DNA of 62,928 bases, counting the filler, from Perkinsus chesapeaki ATCC PRA-425 (taxonomy: Eukaryota; Protista; Perkinsozoa): the NCBI GenBank assembly GCA_013115145.1. It is 14 parts of 14 records of this genome, joined end to end, with 100 filler letters (N's around TTAATTAATTAA, not from the genome) between each part and the next. Parts side by side here need not be neighbours in the genome. Positions count along the whole stretch, not along the records: positions 48,353 to 49,549 come from JAAPAO010002111.1; positions 49,650 to 54,373 come from JAAPAO010001237.1; positions 54,474 to 55,812 come from JAAPAO010002030.1; positions 55,913 to 57,218 come from JAAPAO010002048.1; positions 57,319 to 58,443 come from JAAPAO010002181.1; positions 58,544 to 62,928 come from JAAPAO010001270.1; 8 more parts are not named here. The stretch is one strand, 5' to 3'. Positions 48,353 to 60,842 of this stretch are shown here, in pieces; within the stretch, counting starts at the first letter, position 1; each line of letters opens with the position of its first letter. The notes below the pieces were generated by a model. It did not search any database and was not told where the DNA came from. It saw only the letters and a program-made list of their open reading frames with translations. A program made the translations under genes and the position numbers.

Positions 48353-48741
48353 ATGGTTATAGAGGTGGTTATGATAGATATAATAAAGTTATAAGTGATG
48401 TAGATAAGATTGATTTAACACATTCCTATTATTGGTATCCATGTATTGTCTATATGTTATATGGTTATGGTGATTCAATTGTTCAAACATTCTCTTATTG
48501 GATTATGGGTGCTATATCAGCTGCTAATGCAACATTAGCTGCTAGATATACTGGGTTCTATAAAGGCTTCCAATGCCTAGGAGGAGGAATATCCGCTATC
48601 ATAGATCTTCCTGGGCTAGGAGTTCCTTATACCACCCAGTTCTTGCTGTGTTGGGGTATCTTCTTACTTGGAATGCCCACGGCATGGGTTGTTGTAAAGA
48701 CTATCGATAAGAGGATATCTAAAGCCCGTGGCCTCGTGTAG
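48353..48741 (+). CDS. UNC93-like/DUF895-type MFS membrane protein, C-terminal part
   Basis: YMLYGYGDSIVQTFSYWIMGAIS...LAARYTGFYKGFQCLGGGIS. Confidence 0.75.
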
Positions 48742-49315
48742 TTAGTCGATAGATATTCACTCGGTGAGGCCTTCTTGGGGTAAGCTCTGATCGCATTGAA
48801 ATAGTAAGCAGTATTCGTTACACCGTATTATTCATTGATTCGATCCTCAATCGCTTGTATGTTTGGACTCGCGTTGTTTTCTCCCTCGGACTAGCACTAG
48901 CTTTCTCAGCCGTATGTGCCTTACTCGATCACTCACAGGTTTGTGCATACGATCGGCATACATCATCCAGTTTTAAGTGTCTCAGGATGAGCTGTAGTGC
49001 ATGCCACTATGGGTCAGACCTATCGCGTTATATAAGTTAGGTTTCAGTAACTCAGCATTCATTTCAGCGGTGATTGTTGCGTTGTGAAGGGTGCGTTGTT
49101 CTGGAGGTTTCTCGTGAATTAATCTTAACCATAAGGGTGACTGCTTTCAGAGATTCCCATTGCACTTGTTCGTCCAAATCAGTTGCCACAATTAATTCCG
49201 TATAAGTAGTATCAATGGTATTGCCCCTAACAGTTGGTAAATCTTCCGAATGCAGTGACATAGTCGGAAGTCGTGATCATGGAAGTCATAACCCCTCTAC
49301 ACCAATCCCGAGAGT

Positions 49316-49549
49316 AATGTTCTTGAACAAAGGTTTCGCTCAAGTGGTAATCACAGGATTGATCGCCTTCTGTTGTCCTGGCTTTTTCAATGCTCTACAA
49401 GGCTTGGGTGGTGCTGGCAATGCTAACCCTTCTGCGAATGATCCTGCTAATATTGCTCTTTACTCCTGCTTTGCCGTATTCGGTTATTTTGGTGGATTCT
49501 TCTTTAACCTATTAGGACCAAAAATCCTTATGGGTTGTGGTGGATTCAC
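49316..49549 (+). CDS. UNC93-like MFS protein, N-terminal part of a tandem paralog
   Basis: QVVITGLIAFCCPGFFNALQGLGGAG...ANIALYSCFAVFGYFGG..FNLLGPK. Cut by the gap. Confidence 0.75.
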
Positions 49550-49649
49550 NNNNNNNNNNNNNNNNNNNNNNNNNNNNNNNNNNNNNNNNNNNNTTAATTA
49601 ATTAANNNNNNNNNNNNNNNNNNNNNNNNNNNNNNNNNNNNNNNNNNNN

Positions 49650-52600
49650 ATAGATATATATATTATTAATCTATGGCATTTATATATGTTTTAATAATAT
49701 CATTACATTAATATATATAATAGATACAGATCACTAATAATTTATTATAATATATTGTATATTCATATTTAATGTGATCTGTATATTAATAATATTATAT
49801 AAATATGTGATATCGGGACCAGCACTAGTTATAATATTAATATTTATATGGTCTTTATTCTATATTTATCTATATATTGATATTATATATATGTTGATAT
49901 GATATCTATTAGTTAATATATTGTATTTCTATAATATATATATATCTCTATAGTATATTAAATGATATTATCTTATGAAATCTATAGTGTTTATCTACTT
50001 ATAATAATATGTTAATATATACTTATACTTATAATAATATGATAATATTGATAATCCTTAATTATATATATTAATAAATCTAATAGATTAAATATAATTA
50101 ATATCTGCTGAGATAAACAACTGACGTTATACTACATATTATATAGTTTATATTTATAATAATACTTATAGTGATACATATATTAATGAAATATCTATTC
50201 TTTATATAATAATATAGTATAAGTTCATAATATAGATAAATTATATAATATAATATCGATATACAGATCAATAATACCTATTATTGATAATTAACCAGCT
50301 ATAGATTATCTACCCTTAGGAATATATATAATTAATAATACCAGGTGAATAGATAATATATACATTAAATAATTATATAATATATCTTATATTGGAATAA
50401 TTCCCTATCTTTAGCTAGCTTATATTATACTGAATATTATTAATTTATAGATAATCTTATCATTAGATTTATAAATACCTAATATAATCATATATACATT
50501 ATTAACTATTATTTATATATAGATATATGTAATTATTATATTTATTTATTATATCTGTATACAATATATATATTATTTATAACTAGATCTATTAATATTA
50601 TATCTATTATATTATAAATTAATTATTATATATTAAATAGATAATATTATATATAGTCTATATTTATTATATTATTAAATATCTATTTTATATACTTATA
50701 ATACTATATGGTATAAATATAATAATATAAGATAATTTATATATATATGGTATATCTAGCTATTATTAATTATATTAGGGCAGGTTATATAATATTATAA
50801 TATATAAAGATATAATACCTATTAAATGTATATTTTAATATATATAATAACTAGCTATAATGAATGATTATAAATAATATATTATATGCTAATCTGATAT
50901 TAATAATAGGTATTTAATATTGTATATTTGTTTATATATAATTAAATAATATTATCTTATAGCCAGCAGACCATAATATTTATATAAATACTGTATTAAT
51001 AGTATACTGCTGGCCCATGATTATATTATAATATCTTAACTATAGCCAGCCTTATATTTATACAGATATTAATAGCTATAGAATTAGTTATATAAATATA
51101 TTATATCATTATATATCTAGATAGGTTTATAATATATTATCATTATCTATAGGCTAATATAATGTATATTTTATAGGTATTTATATCTAATTTATATCTT
51201 AATGTATAATATATATAATATATAGTTAATTATAGATAAATAATAGAAATATATATATAAATATTTACCATTAATTACTAATATTAATACAATAGATATC
51301 TTATGCCTGCCTTTTTATTAATAATATATTAAACTATAATGATAATTATATGGAATAGCTAACTAGTGTGAATTATTATATATAATTAATATACAAATAA
51401 TCTATTATATGTTATATTACCATTAATTATATATCTATTTATACTAGTCATAAGTATATTATTAATTATATTATAATCTATATTGATAATCTTTATATAT
51501 TTATTTATTTATAATTAATATAACCAATATACAATAATTTATATATGATAGATTGATATTCCTTTAATATTTATATTATATGAGTATTAGCATTATATTT
51601 ATATTATCTATAATAATTACATATAATAATATATCTATAGCACACTGTATTAGTTATAGGCATATAATATCATTAATTATATATAACAGTGTGCATTATT
51701 AAATATTAATTATTTATATTATAGATATATAACTAATAGAAGATATTGTATATATTATGAATATAACCTAATAGATATCATTAAATTTATAATAATGCCC
51801 TTTAGATATAATCAATAGCTATAATTAGATAACCCCAGCAATAGACATATAAATAATAAATATACATTAGATGCTGGGGTCTTTATTAATAGTTAAATAT
51901 ACATATAAAGTATACATTTATCTATTATTTATATTAAAGGATGGCATTATCTTTATTATTTTTATCTTTATATTTTATTATACAAATATTTATAGATTTA
52001 TAATGTCTATTTAATATTATATATTTATATTATGTTATATCATTGGTTATCTAGGTATTATTCTTAATATTATATATATTATTAGATTATATTACAAATA
52101 CACTATTTTATATATTATATGTATATTTAACTATTAATAAAGACCCCAGCATCTAATGTATATTTATTATTTATATGTCTATTGCTGGGGTTATCTAATT
52201 ATAGCTATTGATTATATCTAAAGGGCATTATTATAAATTTAATGATATCTATTAGGTTATATTCATAATATATACAATATCTTCTATTAGTTATATATCT
52301 ATAATATAAATAATTAATATTTAATAATGCACACTGTTATATATAATTAATGATATTATATGCCTATAACTAATACAGTGTGCTATAGATATATTATTAT
52401 ATGTAATTATTATAGATAATATAAATATAATGCTAATACTCATATAATATAAATATTAAAGGAATATCAATCTATCATATATAAATTATTGTATATTGGT
52501 TATATTAATTATAAATAAATAAATATATAAAGATTATCAATATAGATTATAATATAATTAATAATATACTTATGACTAGTATAAATAGATATATAATTAA

Positions 52601-54373
52601 TGGTAATATAACATATAATAGATTATTTGTATATTAATTATATATAATAATTCACACTAGTTAGCTATTCCATATAATTATCATTATAGTTTAATATATT
52701 ATTAATAAAAAGGCAGGCATAAGATATCTATTGTATTAATATTAGTAATTAATGGTAAATATTTATATATATATTTCTATTATTTATCTATAATTAACTA
52801 TATATTATATATATTATACATTAAGATATAAATTAGATATAAATACCTATAAAATATACATTATATTAGCCTATAGATAATGATAATATATTATAAACCT
52901 ATCTAGATATATAATGATATAATATATTTATATAACTAATTCTATAGCTATTAATATCTGTATAAATATAAGGCTGGCTATAGTTAAGATATTATAATAT
53001 AATCATGGGCCAGCAGTATACTATTAATACAGTATTTATATAAATATTATGGTCTGCTGGCTATAAGATAATATTATTTAATTATATATAAACAAATATA
53101 CAATATTAAATACCTATTATTAATATCAGATTAGCATATAATATATTATTTATAATCATTCATTATAGCTAGTTATTATATATATTAAAATATACATTTA
53201 ATAGGTATTATATCTTTATATATTATAATATTATATAACCTGCCCTAATATAATTAATAATAGCTAGATATACCATATATATATAAATTATCTTATATTA
53301 TTATATTTATACCATATAGTATTATAAGTATATAAAATAGATATTTAATAATATAATAAATATAGACTATATATAATATTATCTATTTAATATATAATAA
53401 TTAATTTATAATATAATAGATATAATATTAATAGATCTAGTTATAAATAATATATATATTGTATACAGATATAATAAATAAATATAATAATTACATATAT
53501 CTATATATAAATAATAGTTAATAATGTATATATGATTATATTAGGTATTTATAAATCTAATGATAAGATTATCTATAAATTAATAATATTCAGTATAATA
53601 TAAGCTAGCTAAAGATAGGGAATTATTCCAATATAAGATATATTATATAATTATTTAATGTATATATTATCTATTCACCTGGTATTATTAATTATATATA
53701 TTCCTAAGGGTAGATAATCTATAGCTGGTTAATTATCAATAATAGGTATTATTGATCTGTATATCGATATTATATTATATAATTTATCTATATTATGAAC
53801 TTATACTATATTATTATATAAAGAATAGATATTTCATTAATATATGTATCACTATAAGTATTATTATAAATATAAACTATATAATATGTAGTATAACGTC
53901 AGTTGTTTATCTCAGCAGATATTAATTATATTTAATCTATTAGATTTATTAATATATATAATTAAGGATTATCAATATTATCATATTATTATAAGTATAA
54001 GTATATATTAACATATTATTATAAGTAGATAAACACTATAGATTTCATAAGATAATATCATTTAATATACTATAGAGATATATATATATTATAGAAATAC
54101 AATATATTAACTAATAGATATCATATCAACATATATATAATATCAATATATAGATAAATATAGAATAAAGACCATATAAATATTAATATTATAACTAGTG
54201 CTGGTCCCGATATCACATATTTATATAATATTATTAATATACAGATCACATTAAATATGAATATACAATATATTATAATAAATTATTAGTGATCTGTATC
54301 TATTATATATATTAATGTAATGATATTATTAAAACATATATAAATGCCATAGATTAATAATATATATATCTAT
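49650..54373. repeat. AT-rich contig that is one large inverted repeat (2,259-bp arms, 206-bp spacer 51909-52114); probable mitochondrial non-coding DNA
   Basis: Both contig ends and the arm/spacer boundaries give the same coordinate sum (104023), and all spot-checked segments are exact reverse complements. Composition is far more AT-rich than the rest of the window. No cox1/cox3/cob motif recognised, so the mitochondrial origin is inference. Confidence 0.8.
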
Positions 54374-54473
54374 NNNNNNNNNNNNNNNNNNNNNNNNNNN
54401 NNNNNNNNNNNNNNNNNTTAATTAATTAANNNNNNNNNNNNNNNNNNNNNNNNNNNNNNNNNNNNNNNNNNNN

Positions 54474-54750
54474 CCCTCCGTGGGAAGTATATCTGTTCGA
54501 CTGCGAGTTCCTGAAATTCTTACCAACCCTAAATGTCGGGCTTGGTAATGCAGGCTCGGAGGTGACCGTTGAAATCGCCCATAATGGATACTCCTTTGGA
54601 GAGTCCAGTAAACTCGGTCGCTGCATTCTTGGTTTAGCTGTCGAACAACGTCCAGTCTGGTACCTTCCTGATACATCTCTTGTTGGTAATTACTTTGAAT
54701 TTCAACCCGTCGAAGGAAGAGTTGGATATTCGAAGCTAAAGGCCCGCTAG
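54474..54750 (+). CDS. Pepsin-like (A1) aspartic protease, C-terminal exon, possibly non-catalytic
   Basis: YLFDCEFLKFLPTLNVGLG...GRCILGL...WYLPDTSLVGNYFEFQPVEGRVGY matches the A1 C-terminal pattern. Catalytic motifs are not in view. Confidence 0.65.
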
Positions 54751-57319
54751 GTGCCAGTCTGTTAGTACTCATTTGGTACTACTAGCAGTTACAGATAACC
54801 CTAAATCTCTGATCATTGAAGATTATGTCATTGAAGTTATCACGGGTTTTTAAATGTCAGTGGGCACTTCGCCGAAGTGGCTTTAGCAATCAGTATTATG
54901 TAAAGTACTCTGAAAGCACTCTGTAAAGCTCACTATTATCTTACTGTGATTACTTCAACATCAGTTCGCATAGAGCTCCTAGTGGAAGCCTTCTACTGTT
55001 GTGTTACCCAGTTCAATGTTGGCCTTCCTGTTAGGCTGCCCCCTCATCAAATTTCTACGACCAAGTGTGAACTTGTCGGATGGGTCATCAGGTCACATAA
55101 TGTGACACCCACAATGTGAGTCATATTATGCCCATCATAAGCCCTCAGAGTCTAAGCCTTAGACGAGTTCATACAGCGGAGATGTGTTAGAGTTTGAAGC
55201 TCAATGCCGAGGAGGCTTCATTATACTTCCACATCAACGTACAATATTCCATTCCGAATGTATTAGCTAACAAACGAGGAGCTCTACAAATGTATGATAA
55301 GACTCTTGTTTAGGTCATCTGGAAAACATCAGAAGTGTTCCACTATCCGAGTGCCGCCTTGACTGAAGTTCAGTCACTGAACTTCAGTCACTGAAGTGAC
55401 TTCATTCATATGCAGTATCACCCTGGCACAATGTGTAACACAAAGCATGTCCCCCTCTCCTAGTACTTCCTCGTTAGCTGTGTTTTTCCTATCCTCTACC
55501 TAGTATAGAGTCTAACTCTATTGTGTTATCAGTGCAGAATAGCAGCTCCTTGTCATTAAAAGATGGTCGACGCGAACACCAATGAGCCCACTCTCTACTA
55601 CACTTCACCGGAGTGCTACGCCCGATTACTACACCTTTTTAACATCAAGTTCACACTTAGGAACATCAATTTCTTCTCGACAGGTGAACCTGAGCGCACG
55701 AATCTGAAACCGGAAGATCCAATTCACCGTTAGGATTTTCGGGCTGTTCAGTAAACGAATTCTGAAATTCAGAATTGATTCCAGAATGAGTTTCGCGAAA
55801 AACGCGTTCAGANNNNNNNNNNNNNNNNNNNNNNNNNNNNNNNNNNNNNNNNNNNNTTAATTAATTAANNNNNNNNNNNNNNNNNNNNNNNNNNNNNNNN
55901 NNNNNNNNNNNNTAGCCGGATCACTTGAACTCAAATCAGGGAATTCTGATGATTGTGGATTGACCATAGAGGCGCCAGCCTCAATCATTAGAAGCGTAAC
56001 AATCCGGCTGAGGTATAAACATCACCACTCCTAGCAAAGGAAAAACCCATCTACCAGTCTAATTAGTACAGCACAGCGATCACAGCGCGGGCTTGGGATC
56101 CTAATCATGCTTCCTACCAGGATCACCTCCGGCACGCATGGGATCACAAAGCACGGCGCAGAAATACAAGACTGTCTGGGGCCTCTAGGCTCCCCTTAGC
56201 CACAATTTGGACACAGACATCATCATGGAGTGGCTCAACCAGAGCCTCGACATAAATAGGATGGATAACGATCAAAACAGGAAGAGATCAACCACAGGCC
56301 AGCGGCGTCACAAAACGCGCGCACAGCCAAGTAGTTAAACCGCGAGAGAGGGAGCGAATAGACCAACGTGGAGTCTTAGGCGAGGCGCAGGTGGCCACAG
56401 GAGTCCTGTGGCGTCCGACGCCTTGACCGCGCGTAGGAAGGGACGCTGCGGGGGCATGACCGCCAATCGAAGAGTCCCGAGAAATACCGGATCTGCTGAG
56501 ACGCGGGGCACGCGTGCAGGCATAGCCACCCACTACAGACATCGTTGGGCGGTCTTGAAGAGAAGTGGCACTTCTGAAGTGTGCACGTTGCAAAAACGAA
56601 TTTCAAAATCAACCCCTTCATCATTGAATCAGCGAGCAGTGTTCGCCGAACACTTAACACCATCAACGCGGTTCATTGCAATAATCGCTTGTGACTTTGT
56701 GTAGGGTCTACACTGTAGACACTGTAGACTGCAAGTCGTGTGATTGAATCGATCCAAGCACGCCCGAAAGTAAGAAGATTACGCCTATCCAGTCTGAAAT
56801 GATAATCAAATGCACATAGCGTACCAGGCCTAAAGCAGCACTAAAACTCTAATAGGTAATTTCGGCAAAACGAATGTAGATCTCCGGCCACAGGATCCGG
56901 TATATGTACAGTATTATCTAGGTCCTCTCTACAGTCCTCCAAATAAATTTGGAGGACTGCAGTTACCGTCGAACGCTCGTAGTACTTTATTGTGGAACAA
57001 TAACGCGTAGTAACCTACTGCGCCATATACGAGCCTCGTATTACAAGGTGTACATAGCTTTTCTTGAAGAAGAAATTCCTTTCATCTACCGGAAAATTTG
57101 AGCCTGAAATCTAATCTCTAGTTGAGGCCCTTAACTCAAGGGACCCTTCCACAGGGCCCCTGTGGCGAAGCCATTGCCTGAGGCCATTTGCCTCATGAAA
57201 CAGGCTGTTTCAAACAGTNNNNNNNNNNNNNNNNNNNNNNNNNNNNNNNNNNNNNNNNNNNNTTAATTAATTAANNNNNNNNNNNNNNNNNNNNNNNNNN
57301 NNNNNNNNNNNNNNNNNNA

Positions 57320-58443
57320 TGTAAATACAAACATGCAGAGGTTGTTCGATGTGTACAAGAAGCTCAACAAATAACCACGTCTACTACAAGTACAACTACA
57401 CTCAGGTCTCCTTTACTGGACAACACAGAGTACAACGTCATACCTGATACTGGATGCTCACTATCTATCATCACATGGAAACTTGCTGGTCATCTTCTTT
57501 GCAATATCCCTGATGCTAAGGTTACACCGGCTATGTCCGAGTTCGACACTGCGACTGAGTCTCAATCTTTCAGTTCACATTTCAGGTTGCATGTAGAACT
57601 CCCCATCTCTGATGGTACTACCGACTCCTTCTTCAGCTGGCATCCCGCCATTGTGGATAATGGTTTACTACTTCATTCACATGGTCTTCTAGGTATGGAC
57701 TCCCTCTCCTTCGAGCCCGAAGGTTTATGTCTACAACTGAATGGTTCTAAGGTCCAAATATCCCCTTTCTTGCATGGTATCATTAACACCTCATCTACTC
57801 CATCAACAACATCATCTATTACCTTACAGGACACCACACCTGACCCATCATCTCAACAGTCTATACTGAATTCTGAAGTGGTTAGACCCCTTGTGTCCAA
57901 ATCTAATAAAAAGGAAGAACCCTATGATTTATCTTCATTATCTAATACTACTCCCACCTTTTCTACTATTCCAAATGGATATGAACTAGCCGAGACTGTC
58001 TTCAGCAATGAATGGTGCACTGTGGGTATACTTGTTAATGGAGAAGGACAGAAGACATTCTATCTTGATTACAGCAATCAGCTCCTAGACATCGTGCTCA
58101 ATACTAATATAAAACCCGTTCGCCCCAAGCACTACAAGCTCATTACTGCCTCAGACGCTGACCGTCGAGATGCAGAACAACGATTAGACGACTTGATAGC
58201 CAACAAGAAGTTAATACCTACACCAGCGGCTGATAAGAATGACCTTTATTCTAATTGGTATCCTGTCAGAGGTAGGAAAAGGTGCAGACCTGTCGTCCCA
58301 TCTCTGCGTACCAACTCCATTCTCCAACAAGCTCAAAAGGCATTCCCTATCAAGGACAGGCAGATAAAAATCGATCGTCTTCTCAACAAGTTCAGATGCT
58401 TCAAAACTGCTATAGGTTACGATGTTAAAGATGCTTATCGAAG
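57320..58443 (+). mobile_element. Ty3/Gypsy-like pol fragment (protease and RT N-terminus), cut by gaps
   Basis: VIPDTGCSLSII (DTG protease) in frame with YSNWYPV...CRPVVPSLRTN...GYDVKDAYR. Confidence 0.65.
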
Positions 58444-59559
58444 NNNNNNNNNNNNNNNNNNNNNNNNNNNNNNNNNNNNNNNNNNNNTTAATTAATTAAN
58501 NNNNNNNNNNNNNNNNNNNNNNNNNNNNNNNNNNNNNNNNNNNAGGTGGACCAATTCTCACTCCGAGCACATCATAGTACTTGATTTCCTGTCTTAACAC
58601 AGTAGCTCCACTGACTGCATAGGTGCTGACAGTAGATATCAGGAGTACGTTGACCGTGGGAACTATCATGTTTCAAAATTTCAAACTCCTACAAAGCTGA
58701 ATTACTTTTGAATCGCACTAGTTGGTCCCCAGCCTTCCGGAAGAGTTAATCTTTCTATTCTTCTCGTACGTATGCGCTCAGAGTGACAGTCACGAACCGT
58801 GACATCGGCTACGCATAAATATAATGAACTCCCAGGGATTATAGAGTCATGAAGGAACAGTAGACGTTCCCCGATAGAATGCACTTGGCTTTATTTCAGC
58901 TATAGAAGCATGCACTGCGCAACATATTCTCAGAAAGCTTTTCTGAGGATTAGTTGGTCCCCAGCGGTTGGGGCCCAGCCTCCCGCAATAGTTATCTGCG
59001 ATATAGTGACTTCTCGCGCACGGTGCATGCGTAGAACCAATAGTAGCAGCTAACACTTTGGTATCGATCGAGCGATCGACTGCTGGCGCCTCGCGGCCCA
59101 TCGCTGGGTGCACGCATGCACCGCGCGCGAGAAGTCACTATATCGGGTGTATCTCAATTCGTCCAGTGCCAACTCGTCCAGTGATCAGCTGGTCCATGGT
59201 CCATGATGCAGGATCGCACGAACCTTGTGCCTCTCGTCCTCTTTGACCTCAACCAGCCAACCACGACTTCCCCAATCTTTCAGCTCGGCTTAGCCGAGTC
59301 GGCTACCAAGTCGTTGTACTCGTTGTCTGTCAATGACTCGAGTAGACGAGGCAGCTCTCAAGGCCCCGGAACATAAGAGGGTGCATCAGAAGTTTCGCTC
59401 GGCTGGTGCTTCCACTTCCAACCAACAACCCATTTATAGGTTTCGCCACCGGGTGGCGGCCACCCTCGGTGTTCTTAGGGGGTACCATTTCTCGGCGTGC
59501 CCAACCATCTGGAGCATCTAAGACCACAGACGCTACCGTTGCTCCGATGTGCTCCTCAG

Positions 59560-60842
59560 TCACATCACATGAGGGTAACCTGGACGATACACTGGAGAAT
59601 GGATGCTGGAGAACGATGAGGCTGATGGCCCCAGAGTACCGAGGAGGGTTTGAGGCTTGCCCTCGCGGTCGACGTTGAGTGTCACACGGGACAGAGTCTC
59701 TCGAAAGTAATCATAACCAATAAATAACTCAACATTGCCCGGAATGCTATCGACAACGACAGCATCTACCTTGGCTGACCGGGTTGCTTGGGACTTGATA
59801 GTAACATTAATGTTGACCCAACCTCTGGCCGGTAATTTGTGGAGAGACAGCGTTATAAGACCAGACGGTTCGGCCCTCGGGGACAGGCCTAGTTTTTGGG
59901 CCATTGTGTTAGAAATCAGAGAATGACCACAGCAGAAATCAGCAATAGCTTTAGTCTCCAACGACCGACTCGATAAGGATGACTTAATAGTACAGGCCAC
60001 TGTAGGCAGCATTGTCGAATCGACAACGGGCTGCGCGGTGCCGGCGCCGCCTACTGCTGCGGTGACACCGCCTCCCAGTTTCCCGGTGAGGCTATCTCTC
60101 TCCCAGGGCGGCCTTGACTCAAGGCCCTAGGCCTCAAGGCCCTTGAGGCCTCGGGCAGAAGCGTTGAATGTGACCTGTTTGACCACAACCATAACAGGTG
60201 ATATTAGTGTAGTCACGAGTTCCTCCTCGTTGTCTAGGACGACCTTTACCCTTTCCTCGACGACCTTTGCCTTTCCCTTTAGCTGTAGAGCTTGCCATCA
60301 TTGCGCCCGCGTGCAACCCGCCTTCGTCCAGTCTAGAAGCTCGGGGTTGATCTCGTACTGTCTCCGTAAGCTGACCCAGGGAAGTAGCAGCGGAATCCTT
60401 AGCCAGAGCTTGGACTTAACATTGGAACCCGTGGGCAAACCGCTAAGAAGTTGGAGCTTCAGAAGGGCTACATGATTAGCTATGGGCAGGCAGCAGGCTA
60501 GATCGTGCCGGAGGAGAGGGATGTGGGAGTCCACATTATCATTAACTGACATCTTTCGACCTTTGAATCGATTGTAAGCTTCCAAAGGGTCCAGTCCATA
60601 AGCCGTGGGTAGGGCTTGTGTAATTAGTTCATAGCTGGTTTGGGCTTCTTGGGGAAGACTATATACCAGTGCCGCTGCTTGATCTTTTTAAGAGCGGCTT
60701 TTAGTAATCCCACCCTTTTCCGCTCATATCGTTGTATGGCCTCGGCATCATCCAAAGCAGAGACGAAACCTGCTCTTAACTTTATGAGCACAGCGGGAGA
60801 TACAGGCTTAGCTATGCAGAACGCTAAGCATGAAAAGCGCAC
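59560..60842 (-). mobile_element. Degenerate Ty3/Gypsy-like gag-protease remnant
   Basis: Zinc knuckle CYGCGQTGHIQRFC; protease-like AIADFCCGHSLIS...ELFIGYDYF; frames broken. Confidence 0.6.

Noticed and set aside
49650-54373. Mitochondrial cox1, cox3, cob or rRNA fragments; fungal-style RIP as an alternative
   Set aside because: No conserved peptide or rRNA motif recognised by eye. RIP has no support, since nearby multicopy elements are unmutated.
48353-55812. Apparent nuclear insertion (NUMT) of the AT-rich block between nuclear genes
   Set aside because: The block is bounded by linkers on both sides, so adjacency to the UNC93-like and protease fragments is unsupported.
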